This document shows positions 36,371 to 51,965 of a DNA stretch of 64,000 bases, piece by piece. The notes under the pieces were generated by a model that worked only from the letters and a program-made list of their open reading frames with translations, was not told the DNA's origin and made no database searches. Each line of letters opens with the position of its first letter. Position 1 is the first letter of the stretch. The stretch is from the human T2T-CHM13v2.0 reference genome, Homo sapiens: positions 22,176,001 to 22,240,000 of the forward strand of contig CP086569.2 in NCBI GenBank assembly GCA_009914755.4. The letters run 5' to 3'. Made by a program: the position numbers and the translations under genes.

Positions 36371-38712
36371 GTTAGTTTATGTTAAAATCAGAAACACCAT
36401 TCAAGTGCCATAAAAATGTGAGATGTAAATTATTCTTTATTTTGTAGGCTTTATTATATTCTATCAAATGGTGAGATTAGACATTTTCTTTCTCTTAATA
36501 AAAACATAAGATTACACTTTCAAAAAAGCCTGAGAAGTGCTACCCTGAGGATCTTGATTTCAACGTTCTTGAATACTGGCCACAAAGTAGTAAGTTACTG
36601 TTTGATACTGGAAAAAAACATCCCAACACAACTCCCACTAAGATAGGGAAGTATATCATTCCAAGCTTGACAAATTACAATATGATGATTGCCTAAAGGG
36701 AATTCCAAATCTTATGGCAATGTTTTCTCCCTTCACACATGCTCACTTTAACACTTTGTTGAATTCCCATCATGAACTCACACATGCACACACATCCCAC
36801 CCCATCACGTTCTGCAGTGGAAACACTGCTGGCTCTGTCCTGGTGAAGGGCAGAGAAATCAAAATCTATTGAGTCCCCATCAATAAGCTCATAGGCTGGT
36901 ACCTCTAGACTCCTCTGAAACAGTCAGAAGAAGCTTCAGAAAAGTTTCCAAAAAAAAAAAATCTAGATTCATAATTTAGCCTTGATACTTAGGAGAGTTG
37001 GTGCTGGTATTTATTTATTTTTTAACCTTTGTTTCATTGTTTGTAAAATGACTAAAATAACCTGTGTCATTTCTTACCCAATGATTTTTATCATAAGCAG
37101 GTGAGATAACATATGTAGAAATCTGGAAATTGTTTATAAAATTTAATATTCCTATATTTGGAAGGTTTATATTTGGTATATTTAGCAAATGTGCATGCCT
37201 TTCTATGTGCCAATCTTCTAAGTGGCCTAAGTTTGTAACTCATTTAATCATCCCAATATGTGTATGAAGTATAAATGATTATCAGCCCCATTTGATATAC
37301 CAGTAAACTGAGACACTGAGAGACAAAGTAATTCACTGATGCTATTAATACCTACACTATACCAGTGTTTTATGGATGTCACTGACTGAACTCATGCCAT
37401 GCATATACTATCCCATGCTTAGGCTGTAAGACCAGTAGACTGGTATATAAGTTGGTTTAACTATACAATATTAAAGAGATTCCACATAGAATCCCTCAAA
37501 ATACAGTGCGAGGCAGTCCTAGGACAAAGTTAGAAGAGAGAAATCAAAATATCTAAATTTTCTAAATGGAAACAACGGACTTTGGCCATGGAGGAACAAA
37601 GAATAATGATAGTGACCTGCTCCTGAACAGCCCTTAACTGCATAAGGCTGGGCCCTTCGACTGTCCTTTGTTCGTATCATTATCATAGTACTTTGTAAGC
37701 AATAGCAGAAATTTAAAATGTGGCAATGAAGTATTTGAGATATGATTCATCCTATTGGTGAGAGTAAGATGATGAAATGAAAATGTTATTAAATTAAAAT
37801 GAGCAGGGGAAAGATGGGAATACAAAGAAGTAAGTATCAGCAAATTGCTCAGATAATGCAGAAAGAGCTAAAAGAATGTATCAGAGTAATTCTACCCATA
37901 ATGTACTATTTGACTAGAACACCACATCCTTAAGAGCTAACCTTAAGTAGGCATGGCACCAACACTACTTTTATGCGCAAAGCAGAAATTTAGATGCATT
38001 TATAGAGTGTGTTATGGCATATATACTACTTCCCTTCAGCTACTCGATCACTCTGTTTTTTATGACTACTTTTTTAGAGATTTTAATATTGCTTCCTAGT
38101 TACCAATTACCTAATCACATAACATTAATTTCTAGCATGCACTTTAACTGCCAGAAGGAGAGATGACTGTGGTAATGGGGCAAAGCTAGTTTATTTGTGA
38201 TCTCAGAAGGAGAGATGACTTTGGTAAGATGGCATAGCTAGTTTATTTGTGATCTATCACTGAGTAACAAATTTTAGCAAAACTTAGTGGCTTAAAGAAA
38301 CACCGTTAGTTATTTCACAGTTTCTGTGGGTCTGGAAACTGGGCATGGTTATCAGGGTATGTCTGGCCCAAGGCTTCTCACAAAATTGCAATCAAGGTGT
38401 TAGCCAGGATTTCAGTCATTGTAAAACACGTGGGGAAGATGTGCTTCCAAGCTTGTTCACGTGGCTGTTGGCAGGATTTAGTTCTTCATGGGCTGTTGGG
38501 CTAAGGACCTCAGTTCCTAACTGGCTATTAGCTAAAGGCTGTCTCTGCTGTACTGACACATGAGTGTGCTCATAATGCAGCTCGAACATGACAGCCAGCT
38601 GTCCAGGAAAGAGCTTGGATAGGGGATGGGTAAGGTGTTCCACATGTGGGCTTCCACAGGTGAGATGTATAGGCAAGGTACTTTAAAATATTAGTAAAAT
38701 AAATGGTTAAGG

Positions 38713-39002
38713 GGACCATGCATGCTGGCTTGTTCCTATAATTCTAGCACTTTGAGAGATCAAGGCAGGAAGATCGCTTGAGGCCAGGAGTCTGAGAGTA
38801 GCCTGGGCAACATAGCAAGACCCATCTCTACAATAAATACATAAATAAACATTTCACTTGGCATGGTAGTGTCCATCTGTTGTTCCAGCCACTTGGGAGG
38901 CTGAGATGGGAGGACCACTTGAGCCCAGGATTTCAGGACTGCAGGGAGCTATAATCACGCCACTGTGCTCCAGCCTGGGCAACAGAGTGAGGCCCTATAT
39001 CA
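38713..39002 (+). mobile_element. Old Alu (AluJ-like)
   Basis: ggaccatgcatgctggcttgttcctataattctagcactttgagagatcaaggcaggaagatcgcttgaggccaggagtctgagagtagcctgggcaacatagcaagacccatctctac...ggctgagatgggaggaccacttgagcccaggatttcaggactgcagggagctataatcacgccactgtgctccagcctgggcaacagagtgaggccc. Confidence 0.85.
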
Positions 39003-42000
39003 GGAAACAAAATAGTGAAGAGAAAACAGTGAAAGATGATGGCTGAACTAAAGTGTAAGAGAAGGTCTTTGGAAACTAGGAATTTCAGGAACTGGTATGA
39101 TTTGGTGGGCCTTTGTGTGAATGTTAAACTCACTGTAATCATTGACAGGAATTGGAATGGACAGGAAGATTGTGAGAATAAAGGGAGTGGGTCATAAATT
39201 TAGGAAAGTGTACTTGATATGATATTAGAAAGGGAGGAAGAAGAATCTGTGACCTCACTCAGGCCTTGCAGTATATGGAGTGTGAGGGAATAAGTGGCCT
39301 CTCCTTGGGTGGGCTGCAAGAGAAGTAGTGACTTCTATGGAGAACCTGTGTTACTTCAGGCACAAAGGTTGAAGGTTATTAATTGAGGTTGTTGTGTATA
39401 CAGAGGAGTTTCTTTATCATAAAGTATTAACTCTCGAATTGCCCAAACTCCCTTTCAAGCTGGCCTACTTGATAAGATGTTATAGTAAATCTTCTTCCTT
39501 CTGTATGTTGCTTTTCCTGTATCTCATATACCCCACTAAAGTACTCCATGCATGCTCTTTTATTTCAGGCTTGTTTTCTGGGGAACTCAAGCTAGGACAA
39601 AGGGAAAGGGAAATGTAATACTGTCTATTCAAAGGGGTTTATGTGTGCACATGTATCATATACATGATGTATACCAGTGAATGCTAGCAAATTATAATCA
39701 AACAAAACACTAAGATATGAATTATCCTATTTCTAGTAATTATCGTCATTATCATCACCGTCATAATTGTCACTCTCTTAAATTCACTGCAGGGTAACAA
39801 GCCATATGATTTAATCTGGGATGCTTACAGGAGGAGGCCCAGGCCAGACTGCAGGAGAGAAGGAGGATGTTTTTCTTCACCCAATTCATTAAGGATGTTT
39901 TTCTTCACCCAATTCACTGATTTCATTAAGAAGACTAAATGTGTTTTTCCCTTTAAATTTACGTATTCTGTTCAGAATCCCTGAGATTACTAGAAGTTTT
40001 AGAAGGTAAAGCAACAACTTCTATACAAAAAGTTGGAAATTACGTGTCTTTACTAGTAATGAGAAAATGTTGAAAAAGACAACAATGAGTAGATAATTTA
40101 TAATCAGGGGAAAATTATAATTCTGAGAATGTATTAGGTTCCTAGAGCTGCCATAAAAATATTACCACATTTTGAATGGCTTTTAAAAACATAATTTTTT
40201 TTCTGCATTCTGGAAGCTAAAAGTCTGAAGTTAACATGTTGCCAGACCTCTCAGATTTCTAGAGGAGAATTCGTCCTTTCCCTTCCCATCTTCTGGTTGT
40301 TGCCAGCAATCCTTGGCCTTCATCAGTTTGTAGCTATATCACTTCAGCACCTACCTCTGTCTTCACATGGCTGTTTTCCCTCTGTGTGTGTCTCTGTGTC
40401 TCTAAATCTCTCTTTCTTTATAACGATACAAGACATTGAATTTAGGGCATACCCCAATCTAGTGTGACCTTACCTTAACTTGTTTATATTTGAAAAGCTT
40501 ATATTTCCAAATAAGGTTACAGTGACATGTCCCCAGGGTTAACATTTCAACAGTTTATTTATTTATTTATTTAGAAAATTCAACCAACTACAGGGTTATT
40601 ACCAAATAATAATTGGAATGTTGACACTAATTCCTACAAACCAAAGCTTCTACTAAAATAAATAAATAAAGATGAGGTAGCAAAGTAACAAATGTATTAC
40701 TCACGTAAACCACCAAATCTCACGACCTGGCTGGAAGCAGTCATGAGATTTGGCAGTTTACCTAAGTCAATGATGCCAAAGAAATTATCTTCCTAATCAC
40801 AATTAAGATAGTTCTCAGATTAGGCATATCCTTAGTCCTGCTGATGTGGTAGCTTTGCTTTGCTGTTCACAATTCTGGAGTTGAAAACTCCTTAGGGGCC
40901 TCATCCATTAAGAAAAACACAAATAAAAGGGGCAGACATCAGAGTTGTTTTCATACTTCAAATGACTGGATTCTGAGCTTCCCCGTTCTCTCAAGGTTCT
41001 CAGAGGTGGAGGGCTTAGCATCCAAACAATGTGAAAACGCATACTGTGAAACACTAAGCTTCTGTCTTACCAGAAACACCACTGGGAAGAAAAACAAAGG
41101 ATTTTCTCTATATTGACAAGTAACTTTGCTACAAAGGATATGTGAAAGCAAAGAGATTTCACTCCACTCTCACAGCCTTCAGCACTGCAAATATGTGCTG
41201 TCATGCAGACCAGCTCTCAGTTCTAAAATGTAGGACCCTCTAGGAGACTGGCTATCTACAGAAAGTACAAAAGTTGAGAGTCTTTTTACATGACCTCTTT
41301 AAACACACATTAATTTTGTTGTTGATGTTTGTTTCTTAAGGCCAACATGTTTTATTAATTGTACACCAATCTGTGCAATAATTTTCAAGGAAATATGAAT
41401 ATGGAGTTCACTTAGTGTAATATTTATGTTACACCCTCAAAAAATTCCAAATTGCAGATGTTTTACATCTTAAATCTCTTTATCGCCTTTGGTAATGGTT
41501 TTTCTAATATATATAATATTTTATTGTTGTTAAAAAAATTCAGCCTGATTAATTTTAGGATCAATAATTTATTATTAGAATATGAATCATTTATATAAAT
41601 ATATGACACAATCCTGTTGTATTTTTCTTTACCCCATTCTATGGACTCACTGTATTCTCTTCATTTGCATTACTGCAGTCTTCCTCTAAAACCAAGTAAG
41701 TTTACAAACAGATAAAAAATTGTTTGTTGTGTTTATTTCCTCACAGGTGTTTTTAGCTCCATTCTTTCATCATTAGTTCATTTTGTCAACAAGGATTGTC
41801 ACAAACTATGTAATTGTCACATTGAACTTTATGCCATTTTTCAACTGACGCCCCATATTCTAAACACAAACCTGAAATTCATATTTGCTTTAAAACCTGC
41901 TACTGGTCCCACAATACTCACCATTATTGAATTAGTTATCAATACTTTTGGTTTATGCATGTTTACCTTCCATTACACCTACTTGTTTTCAAAGGTCCTG

Positions 42001-42252
42001 TTCAGAACATATTTCTCAAATAACTTCCAAACCTAAAAATGAAAGTTCCTTCAAAATAATTTCTCCGTTTACAGCTTTGCCTTTTCTATATGACCTTCAG
42101 TTTATTTATCTATAAAATAAGTGATTAGATCATTACTATTCGAGTATACTACATCCTTTGCAGCCTTTTAAACTTGACAAAAGTCCTATATGCTAAGTGC
42201 TACTATAAATTAATATTACAAAAACTCAGTAAGAAATTACATTTGATATAAG

Positions 42253-42588
<336 letters not shown>

Positions 42589-42869
42589 TTAATCATATTT
42601 GATAATGTTACTCGAGTATTTCAAGTAAAAAGATAATGTAAAGATAAACTTAATAGGTAAGAATACATAATTTTCCAAAAAATACATTTGAAGTCCTTTG
42701 CTTACACCATTTGACTTCATATGTTCCTGGCCTGCAACTAAGGATACAGTATTCAATTTGAATTTGTGTTAAGTCAGTAATTTTTGTTAGTTGTAATTGA
42801 TGAGTGATAGGTAATTTTATTTTTAGAGCCAAATGGAAAAATAGCATCAGATTAGACAGAATCCAGGCC

Positions 42870-42894
42870 AAAAAAAAAAAAAAAAAAAAAAAAA
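42870..42894 (+). repeat. Poly(A)25
   Basis: Homopolymer run with no recognisable retroelement body upstream. Confidence 0.8.
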
Positions 42895-45800
42895 CAGAGG
42901 TTGTAATCTGTAAAAGAAGAAAATCTACAAAATGTGTTTTCTCTTTTCCTTCTATTTCCTTCTATTGCTATGTGAACAAAGGGAATCAGGGATCTCAGAG
43001 CAGAGGAGCAAAGGGGAAAGGCCCAGATATTTAGGTTGATGAGAATATGAGTAATGCTAAAAACACAATGAATAAATAAACATGGAAAACATCCATTATT
43101 AGCCTAGTGGTTGCAATAAATACTTTAAGTAATCATAATGCAGAAACTTTTTCAGCAACTGTACTACATACAATATATTGTATTTTATAATAATCTGAAA
43201 CAAGAGAGTCAGTCCAAAAGTGACTCTAGTGTCAGTTTTGGAATTAATAGTGATAAATAACCAATCCATGTGTAAGTATATGAATTAGGTCTGATTAAAG
43301 CTAAAAGAGGAGAAAAAGTGAGGGAAAATATTCAGTTCTCCTTATTTACTAAGGAGAGATCTTGCTAAATAAGATTTATCTGCTTAACTTGTAACATTGC
43401 TTAAATTCAATTATTTAATTAATATACTACTTTTTTAAATAAGAAAGATGAGGTAATTAATATGTTGTGTCTCAGATACATCACTAACCCTTAATTTTTG
43501 CTATTCACATAGTGATGGTGACCACTGACAATAGTAAACAAATTTATTAATTCATTAAGTCAATCATATTGAATCAACAAAAATGTATTGTTTATCTAAA
43601 TGTTGTCAGAGTTGAATCTTGAAGCATAAATAAACAATACTTATTTATTAACATGCATGGCATTCTGCTGATCATTATGACCATATCTGCCTATGTGACA
43701 GCTTATAATTTTCCACACTCATGGTATTATGGGATAATTACCCAAGCCCCTACCCATTCACGTTAAAGTCCTAACACCGTTACATCAGAATGTTACTGTA
43801 TTTGAAGATAAGGACTTTAAAAAGGTAATTATGTTAAACTAAAGCTGTTGGATATGGTCTTATTCCAATCTCACTGGTGTCCTTGTAAGAAGAGGACATT
43901 TTGACACACAAGGGTACAGCAAGAATGCAAGAGCACGGAAATAAGACCACGTAAACAAACAAAGGGTGGGCCACCACCTGCAAGCCAAGGACAAAGGTAT
44001 CAGAAAAAATCAAAGCTGATGACAACTTGACTTGGACTACCAGCCTCCAGAACTAGGAGACAATAAATTTCTGGGTTTTTTTGATAATGTTACCAAGTGT
44101 CACCAAGTGTGTGATGTTTTGCTATGGCACTAAACTGCATAGGTCAAGGGCTGAAACAATATAAAGGAGTTTCTTCAAAAATCTTTCCATTTACAACATT
44201 ATATTGCTGGGGTTTTTAGCTCCAGGGAATGACTGAATGAGTTTTTCTTTCAGATCTTTGGTGACCCATTATACGATAATAATATGCTACCAAGGAAGGC
44301 ACTTGCACTGGCTTTCCTCTACTCTGCCTTCTGGACTTCAGTTTTGTTTTCACCAGATTGATTTTCCAGCCACTACATAGGACCTCTCTGGTCAGCCAAA
44401 GCAGTGGGCATCATAGCTGAGAACTAAGGTTGCTGAACTTCATTCAGACCATCTCAGTGAGCTAGCCATCCACCAGCTGCTATGGGCTGTCCAGGGCCAG
44501 GAAAAAACTGAGCTGAGGTCCTGACAGTGAGACCTCCTGTAGTTTTCACAGCAGGCACCTTACTCTCTTCACTTGAGTTCCAGCCCTGCTGATGCCACAG
44601 CCCTCCCAAGTATTTCCTGACATTCCTTCAGAGCTTTTATAGTTTTGTGGGAAGGACACAGGAGATAGTTACAGGAGATTAGAAAAATATGTTAGCTTTG
44701 AAAATAAGTACTAAATGAATGATCGAAGTGAATTCTTCATGAGTTCAGGACATAGATTGCTTTGCCTCAATGCTATAAATAGAGCTTCAGAGAGAATGGG
44801 AAGCTTGGATGATGTATAAAATTTTCACAATGACTGGAAGCTGTTATCTTCAAATCAAACAATTTAAAAAGACAGAAAATAAGTATTATATATAATTTAG
44901 AAGCTTCAGAGAAAACATGAGTGAGAAGTCTGGCTATGCCAGTTACCAACTGTGTAGCATGGAGCAAATTACAAACTCTCTCAACTTCTATTTCCTCATG
45001 TGGTTGTTTAGATGATTAGAAATAACCTGTATAAAATGACTTACTTTTTGCCAGGCAAATGGCCTGAACTCACTAAATGGTTGTACACTTGTTAACATTG
45101 TTTAATGATTAATGCCAGTCTAACCATGATCATCTCAGCCATCCTTATTTTATCACTCCTATGAGTGAAGGATGTCAGAAATCAAAATAGACCTCAGCAA
45201 TGATTTAGTCCAGTCTGCTCATTTTCTGGAGAAAATGAATGCCCAGAGAAATTAAAGGACTTGGCCTAGGATACAGAGCCAGTTGGCAGCAGAGACAGCA
45301 TCAGCCACAAAACATACACTTTTTTTACTCTGGATCAGAATACTTTTCATTTTAGATTCCTTTACTGAAAGCGGTACACATATCTTAAGTATGTATTTTT
45401 AAAACCGTACGAATTACATATGAAATGTGAATGAACTGAAGTAGATGGAAAGACATTAAATCTAAGTGTTGTGGTAGTGCTACAAATTTACACATAGAAC
45501 ACCTGTGATGTAGCAGTACTTGAAAGTTTTTGGGTGTGATTTATCAACCTAATCTTCCTCACAAGCCCTGACCCTGACAAATTTATGGTGGAGGTTTGAA
45601 GTGGCTAATGAATAGTATCTAACATTATTGTTTGTTTGTTTGCTTTTCAGAAAAGAGCTTTGTTTTACACAGTGCCACTTATGAGTTGCAAAGTAGCAAG
45701 TGAGAATGTAGGGAGGGGCACAAGTGGAACACTTACCCTTGCAAAAGTGGAAAAGAGTTGGAAGACTCTTGATGTGACCTTTGGGCCCCTGGTTTCACCC

Positions 45801-46364
45801 AGATCTTCGCTGTAGGATTTCTGGTTCATTTCTGAGACTCTCATGCTCTGTAATGAGTGACAGCATAAATTTGTGACTTGTATTGGATACTTCAGGAGTT
45901 AACTGTGATCTTATTTTCAAAAATTTGAATATAAATAAATACATACATATATTAATAAATAAACCCTCTATTAGATGCCCAACTAGGCTGTTTATATGGT
46001 GGCTTCAGCACCATGACTACCTTACCTCTTGTCAGGGTAGCCCTGGGAATGCCTCCCAGCACTGCGCTGAGTTCACTTCAGTCTTTTCCAGGAGAAACGT
46101 GGGCACGTCAGAGTCCTATCCTTGCCCCCATATATAAGAGCATCTCTGAACCTTCTCTCAGCATTCTCTCTCTGCTTAACAATGCCATGTCTTCATTTTA
46201 CATTTTCTGTGCCATGGGTGACCTCTGTTGCCACAAACACCACATGCTGAAGTTCTTTTTCAGAGATCAAATCACAGGTGGGCAAATTTCCTTTAACTCC
46301 ACGCCTCTGACTCTGGGATTTCAGAAGAGTGGGAAAAACCTATGCTCTTTGTGTTTTACTATAT

Positions 46365-46658
46365 TTTTTCCTTTCTTTTTGTGTGTTTTGCTCTTGTTGC
46401 CCAGGCTGGAGTACAATGGGGCCATCTCGGCTCAACACAACCTCTGCTTCCTGGGTTCAAGCGATTCTCCTGCCTCAGTCTCTGGAGTTATCTAGGATTA
46501 CAGACATGCACGACAACACCCGGCTAATTTTGTATTTTTAGTAGAGATGCGGTTTCTCCATGTTGGACATCTGGTCTCAAACTCCCGACCTCAGGTGCTC
46601 CACCCGCCTCACCCTGGAAATGTGCTGGGATTACAGGCATGAGCCACTGCACCTGGCC
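46365..46658 (-). mobile_element. Alu (full length)
   Basis: T-rich head then tgctcttgttgcccaggctggagtacaatggggccatctcggctcaacacaacctctgcttcc...gtgctgggattacaggcatgagccactgcacctggcc. Confidence 0.85.
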
Positions 46659-49600
46659 TACTTTCTGCTTTCTTCTCCGCCATGGTTTCCTTCTTCCCAG
46701 ACCTCACATGTCCATAAAAATTTTCATTACATTTCTTCTCTGTCTATCCAAAATTCCTCTTCAGTTATTATTATTTGTGCCTTCTCTGCACTTTGGCTAA
46801 TGTTAACTATCTATAATTTGTGTCAGATAGGCTAGGATCTTCATATTACAATCTCAGGCTTCTATAAACTAGTGTTTAATTAGGGCAAATAATATATTGG
46901 TTTACTAGTCCACAAATTTATTTTCTCATACAATACTCACTTTCATGTAGACCTAAATGGGACTATGTGAAAAATTTCTTGAAACTATTCAAAAATGTTT
47001 CTTTTTCACTTAGAATAAAATACAAACTTTCTACCCAAACTTGAAGGGTCTGGCTTCCCCTCCTCCTGTATCTTCCGTTGTCACTTCAACCCCTTTCCCC
47101 CAGGTTCATTGTACCCTCAAACACCTATTAAATCAACTCTCCTCCCTTTAGGGTCTTTTTTCTCCTTCTATTTTTCTGAATCTTTGCACACTCAGTTTCT
47201 TCTCATCCTTTAGGTCTAGGCTGTAGAGTCACCCCCAAAGAGGAATTTCCTAAGCTTCTTGTTGAAAGACTTTGGCAATGAACTTCCACTCTCTCAAGCA
47301 AATTATTTTTCACACAGCACCACCATGATTATATTTCTCACAGTGCTTAAGACAATCTGAAATGATTTTGTTCATTAATCTGTTTGTTCATAATTTTCTG
47401 ATAGTATAGAAAATACAGGGATCAAAGGTTATTCTTACATTGTTCACCATTCTATGCATAGAACTATGAAGATATAGCGCCTGAATAACTGGTGCTTAAT
47501 AAATAACTAGAGACTAAATAGTCTAATGAATGGAAATATGTGAATCTACTAGGAGTTTTCATGACATGTACATTTCTTTATGTCCCTAAATTATTTATAC
47601 TTTTGAGAATGCTGTGAAGACCAAAATTGTAAGAACTAAAGAAGGAGGAAAGAAACACAAAGGGTGGCTTGAGTGTCAACAAGGAGAGATTTATTTTAGA
47701 AAATAAACCTGACGGGGATTTCTTGCCAAGTTGAGTCAGAGCCACACTCTCTTACAGATTAAGACTTTTCAAGGATTCAGGACAGGACAGTTTATTACAG
47801 GCTTGGACTGCTTATATGTCTCTTTGTTGTGCTTATCTGGGAGGGAAAGTTGTGTGTCTGTTGCCATACATCTTCCTGAAGCTGCAGGCATACCCCCGAG
47901 ACTGCTTTTAGCTTTCCTATCTTAGTGCACCTGAAGGGAAAGCAATGTGCTTATTAAGGCCTACTGTTTTACTGGTGCCCACTGTATGATGGTGAAGATT
48001 GGCAGTTACCCAAGAGACTTTCCTCCACCTCCCTCTGTGCCCCAGCTGTCTTATCTGTGTTTACCTGTCTGCTTTTTCTGGCTGCTTGTTGTTAGAAGAC
48101 AGGTGATTTCTTTGAAGTGCATGAGGTTAGAAAGGAAGCTGGATCTTCAATTGGTGTTTTGTCCAAGATGATGGTGCCCTTGCTCTGTCATTCCACATCC
48201 TTTACTTACAAAAGAACGAGGGGCCACCTGTTCTTTCTGGCTACTTCCTGCTGATAGGGGGGTGGGGCTGAGAGTTTTTTTGATCTTGGATCCACTGCAG
48301 GAGAAACACCGTCTGTAGATATTGTTGGGTAGTTGTCTGTGAAATGGCTATGATTCTGTTGATTAAAAATTTTTGGAAAAGTTTATCGAGGCCGGGTAAG
48401 AACTCTAATCCTAGGCTTTTCAGCAGCGTTTCATATTAGGCTTGATTTGTTGAGACAGAAGCAACATTTCCCTCCAGGCAGAGGCACATGTTTGGAAAGA
48501 CCCATGTGTTATTGTTTTATTAGTAACTGTTATATCTGCTATGATGATAATAATTAAACAAAATGCTACAGTAATTGAGATTCTTTGTTCTATATTTCAC
48601 CCTTAGGGTGCTACAATATGTAGTCCTACTGCAAATAGGAGAGTGAGGAAAGCAATTCCCATAAGGTTGGCATAGTAAATAACTTTCGTTAAAAAACAAC
48701 AACAACAAAAAAGCTTTAATATCTGGCTTAAAGGACAGGTAGGAATGACAAAAAGTATTAGGTAAAGTAGGGTCGAGATTAAGATGAGTAATTTTGACGT
48801 ACTTATATTTTATGATTTTCAGGTTAAGATTTCTTATTTTTTTACACTGATATTTAGGACGTTTTTCTGGCTACTAGGGTTTATTTTCTCAGCTCTTTAA
48901 GCTTCGGCTTGAGTGTGTAGTATCTAGGAGTTGATTTCTGTAATGGATATAATTTAAACTGTAGAAAATAGTAAAAATTGAAAAACATTTGGCAGACTAG
49001 AATTTAAGAACAGGTGTGCTATAGTTTTTGAAACATAATTTTCTTTCTTCAACTTTCCATTTTTATTAAAAGAAAAATCATGGTAGGACTGCTTTCCTTT
49101 ATTGTACTTGGCTTAATTAGTTGTATACAGTGCAGCAAGAATAATTATTTGCTACACAGGCCTTTTAACTAAGCTTTGACGGAAGTTTGTGTTATAGAAG
49201 GAATTTGAGATCAGATTTTTTAAAGCCAAGCCCAGCCATGGATTTGTATCCTTAAATACCTGTGAATTGGGTGAATTCCTCTCCTCTTGAAGTTTTAACA
49301 TAACTTGCCTTTCCTGGCCTGTCTGAAAGTGACATTCCTTACTTGCCACAGATCAGAAGCCCTATACCAGGGCTGTGTACACAAATATGAGGCCAGATTT
49401 CCAAGGGCTTTATTGGTTACATAAGTTTGATTCCTTAAAGGAGAGCATACCATTCCTGTCCAAACCTTGGTAAAATAACCACTTTTTCCAATTGTGTTTT
49501 GTTACAAAAGAAAATAGATTCATATTGCACTGATGCAAACAACTATATTGTGGTAGTTTAAGAATACTTATAACTAGTATTCAAATTCTAGAGAAACTAA

Positions 49601-49721
49601 GGAGAGAAACAAACACACTTTAATTTCCACTTACTGAAGTACACTTTTTTTAGTTGTATGATTCCATATTTTTTTTTTTAGTTTCTTAAAGAAAGCCTAC
49701 CTTTTATTCTGCCATTTTATA

Positions 49722-51798
49722 CAAGAGTCTTTCTTTTTTTCTTTTTAATACTTTAAGTTTTAGGGTACATGTGCACAACATGTAGGTTTGTTACATATGT
49801 ATACATGAGCAATGTTGGTGTGCTGCACCTATTAACTCATCATTTAACATTAGGTGTATCTCCTAATGCTATCCCTCCCCCATCCCCACACACTACAACA
49901 GTCCCCGGGGTGTGATGTTCCCATTCCTATGTCCATGTGTTTTCATTGTTCAATTCCCACCTATGCATGAGAACATGCAGTGTTTGTTTTTTGTCCTTGC
50001 GATAGTTTGCTGAGAATGATGGTTTCCAGCTTCATCCCTGTCCCTACAAAGGATATGAATTCATCATTTTTTATGGCTGCATAGTATTCCATGGTGTATA
50101 TGTGCCACATTTTCTTAATCCAGTCTATCATTGTTGGACATTTGGGTTGGTTCCAAGTCTTTGCTATTGTGAATAGTGACACAATAAGCATACGTGTGCA
50201 TGTGTCTTTATAGCAGCATGTTTTATAGTCCTCTGGGTATATACCAAGTAATGGGATTGCTGGGTCAAATGGTATTTCTAGTTCTAGATCCCTGAGGAAT
50301 CGCCACATGGACTTCCACAGTGGTTGAACCAGTTTACAGTCACACCAACAGTGTAAAAGTGTTTCTATTTCTCCACAACCTCTCCAGCACCTGTTGTTTC
50401 CTGACTTTTTAATGATCGCCATTCTAACTGGTGTGAGATGGTATCTCAGTGTGGTTTTGATTTGCATTGCTCTGATGGCCAGTGATGATGAGCATTTTTT
50501 CATGTGTCTTTTGGCCGCATAAATATCTTCTTTTGAGAAGTGTTTGTTCATATCCTTTGCCCACTTTTTGATGGGGTTGTTTGTTTTTTTCTTGTAAATT
50601 TGATTGAGTTCATTGTAGATTCTGGATATTAGCCCTTTGTCAGATGAGTAGATTGCAAAAATTTTCTCCCATTCTGTAGGTTGCCTGTTCAATCTGATGG
50701 TAGTATCTTTTGCTGTGCAGAAGCTCTTTAGTTTAACTAGATCCCATTTGTCAATTTTGGCTTCTGTTGCCATTGCTTTTGGTGTTTTAGACATGAAGTC
50801 CTTGCACATGCCTATGTCCTGAATGGTATTGCCTAGGTTTTCTTTTAGGGCTTTTATGGTTTTAGGTCTAACATTTAAGTCTTTAATCCATCTTGAATTA
50901 ATTTTTGTATAAGGTGTAAGGAAGGGATGCAGTTTCAGCTTTCTACATATGGCTAGCCAGTTACCCAGCACCATTTATTAAATAGGGAATCCTTTTACCA
51001 TTGCTTGTTTTTGTCAGGTTTGTCAAAGACCAGATAGTTGTAGATATGCAGCATTATTTCTGAGGGCTCCGTTCTGTTCCATTGGTCTATATCGCTGTTT
51101 TGGTACCAGTAGCGTGCTCTTTTAATTACTGTAGCCTTGTAATATAGTTTGAAGTCAGGTGGGGTTATGCCTCCAGTTTTGTTCTTTTGGCTTAGGATTG
51201 ACTTGGCAATGCAGGCTCTTTTTTGGTTCCATATGAACTTTAAAGTAGTTTTTTCCAATTCTGTGAAGAAAGTCATTGGTAGCTTGATGGGGATGGCATT
51301 GAATCTATAAATTATCTTGGGCAGTATGACCATTTTCACAATATTACTTCTTCTTATCCATGAGCATGGAATGTTCTTCCATTTGTTTGTATCCTCTTTT
51401 ATTTCATTGAGCAGTGATTTGTAGTTCTCCTTGAAGAGGTCCTTCACATCCCTCTTAAGTTGGATTCTTAGGTATTTTATTCTCTTTGAAGCAATTGTGA
51501 ATGGGAGTTCACTCAGGATTTGGCTGTCTGTTTCTCTGTTTTTGGTGTTTAAGAATGTTTGTGATTTTTGCACATTTAGTTTGTATCCTGAGACTTTGCT
51601 GAAGTTACTTATCAGCTTAAGGAGATTTTGGGCTGAGACGATGGGGTTTTGTAGATATACAATCATGTCATCTGCAAACAGGGACAATTTGACTTCCTCT
51701 TTTCCTAACTGAATACCCTTTATTTCCTTCTCCTGCCTGATTTCCCTGGCCAGAACTTCCAAAACTATGTTGAATACGAGTGGTTAGAGAGGGCATCC
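49722..51798 (-). mobile_element. L1 (L1PA-type) 3' fragment: ORF2 C-terminal third plus 3' UTR, 5'-truncated at about 51798 against a (TC)n microsatellite
   Basis: Minus-strand ORFs 50995-51762 and 49961-50974 translate to L1 ORF2 (...[35 protein letters not shown]...[20 protein letters not shown]...[13 protein letters not shown]...[40 protein letters not shown]...[13 protein letters not shown]); the + strand at 49745-49960 is the reverse complement of the L1 3' UTR; poly-T head at 49722-49745. Confidence 0.9.
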
Positions 51799-51965
51799 CC
51801 ATCTCTTTGTCTCTTTCTCTCTGGTTCTCTCTCTCTCTCTCTCTGTTTCTCTCTCTCTCTGTTTCCCTCTCTTTCTGTTTCTGTTTCCCTCTCTGTTTCT
51901 CTGTTTGCTTCTCTCTCTGTGTTTCTCTCTCTCCATTTCTCTCTCTCTGTCTTTCTCCTGCTTCA
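51799..51965 (+). repeat. (TC)n/(TCTCTG)n-rich microsatellite
   Basis: ctctttgtctctttctctctggttctctctctctctctctctgtttctctctctctctgtttccctctctttctgtttctg... Confidence 0.85.
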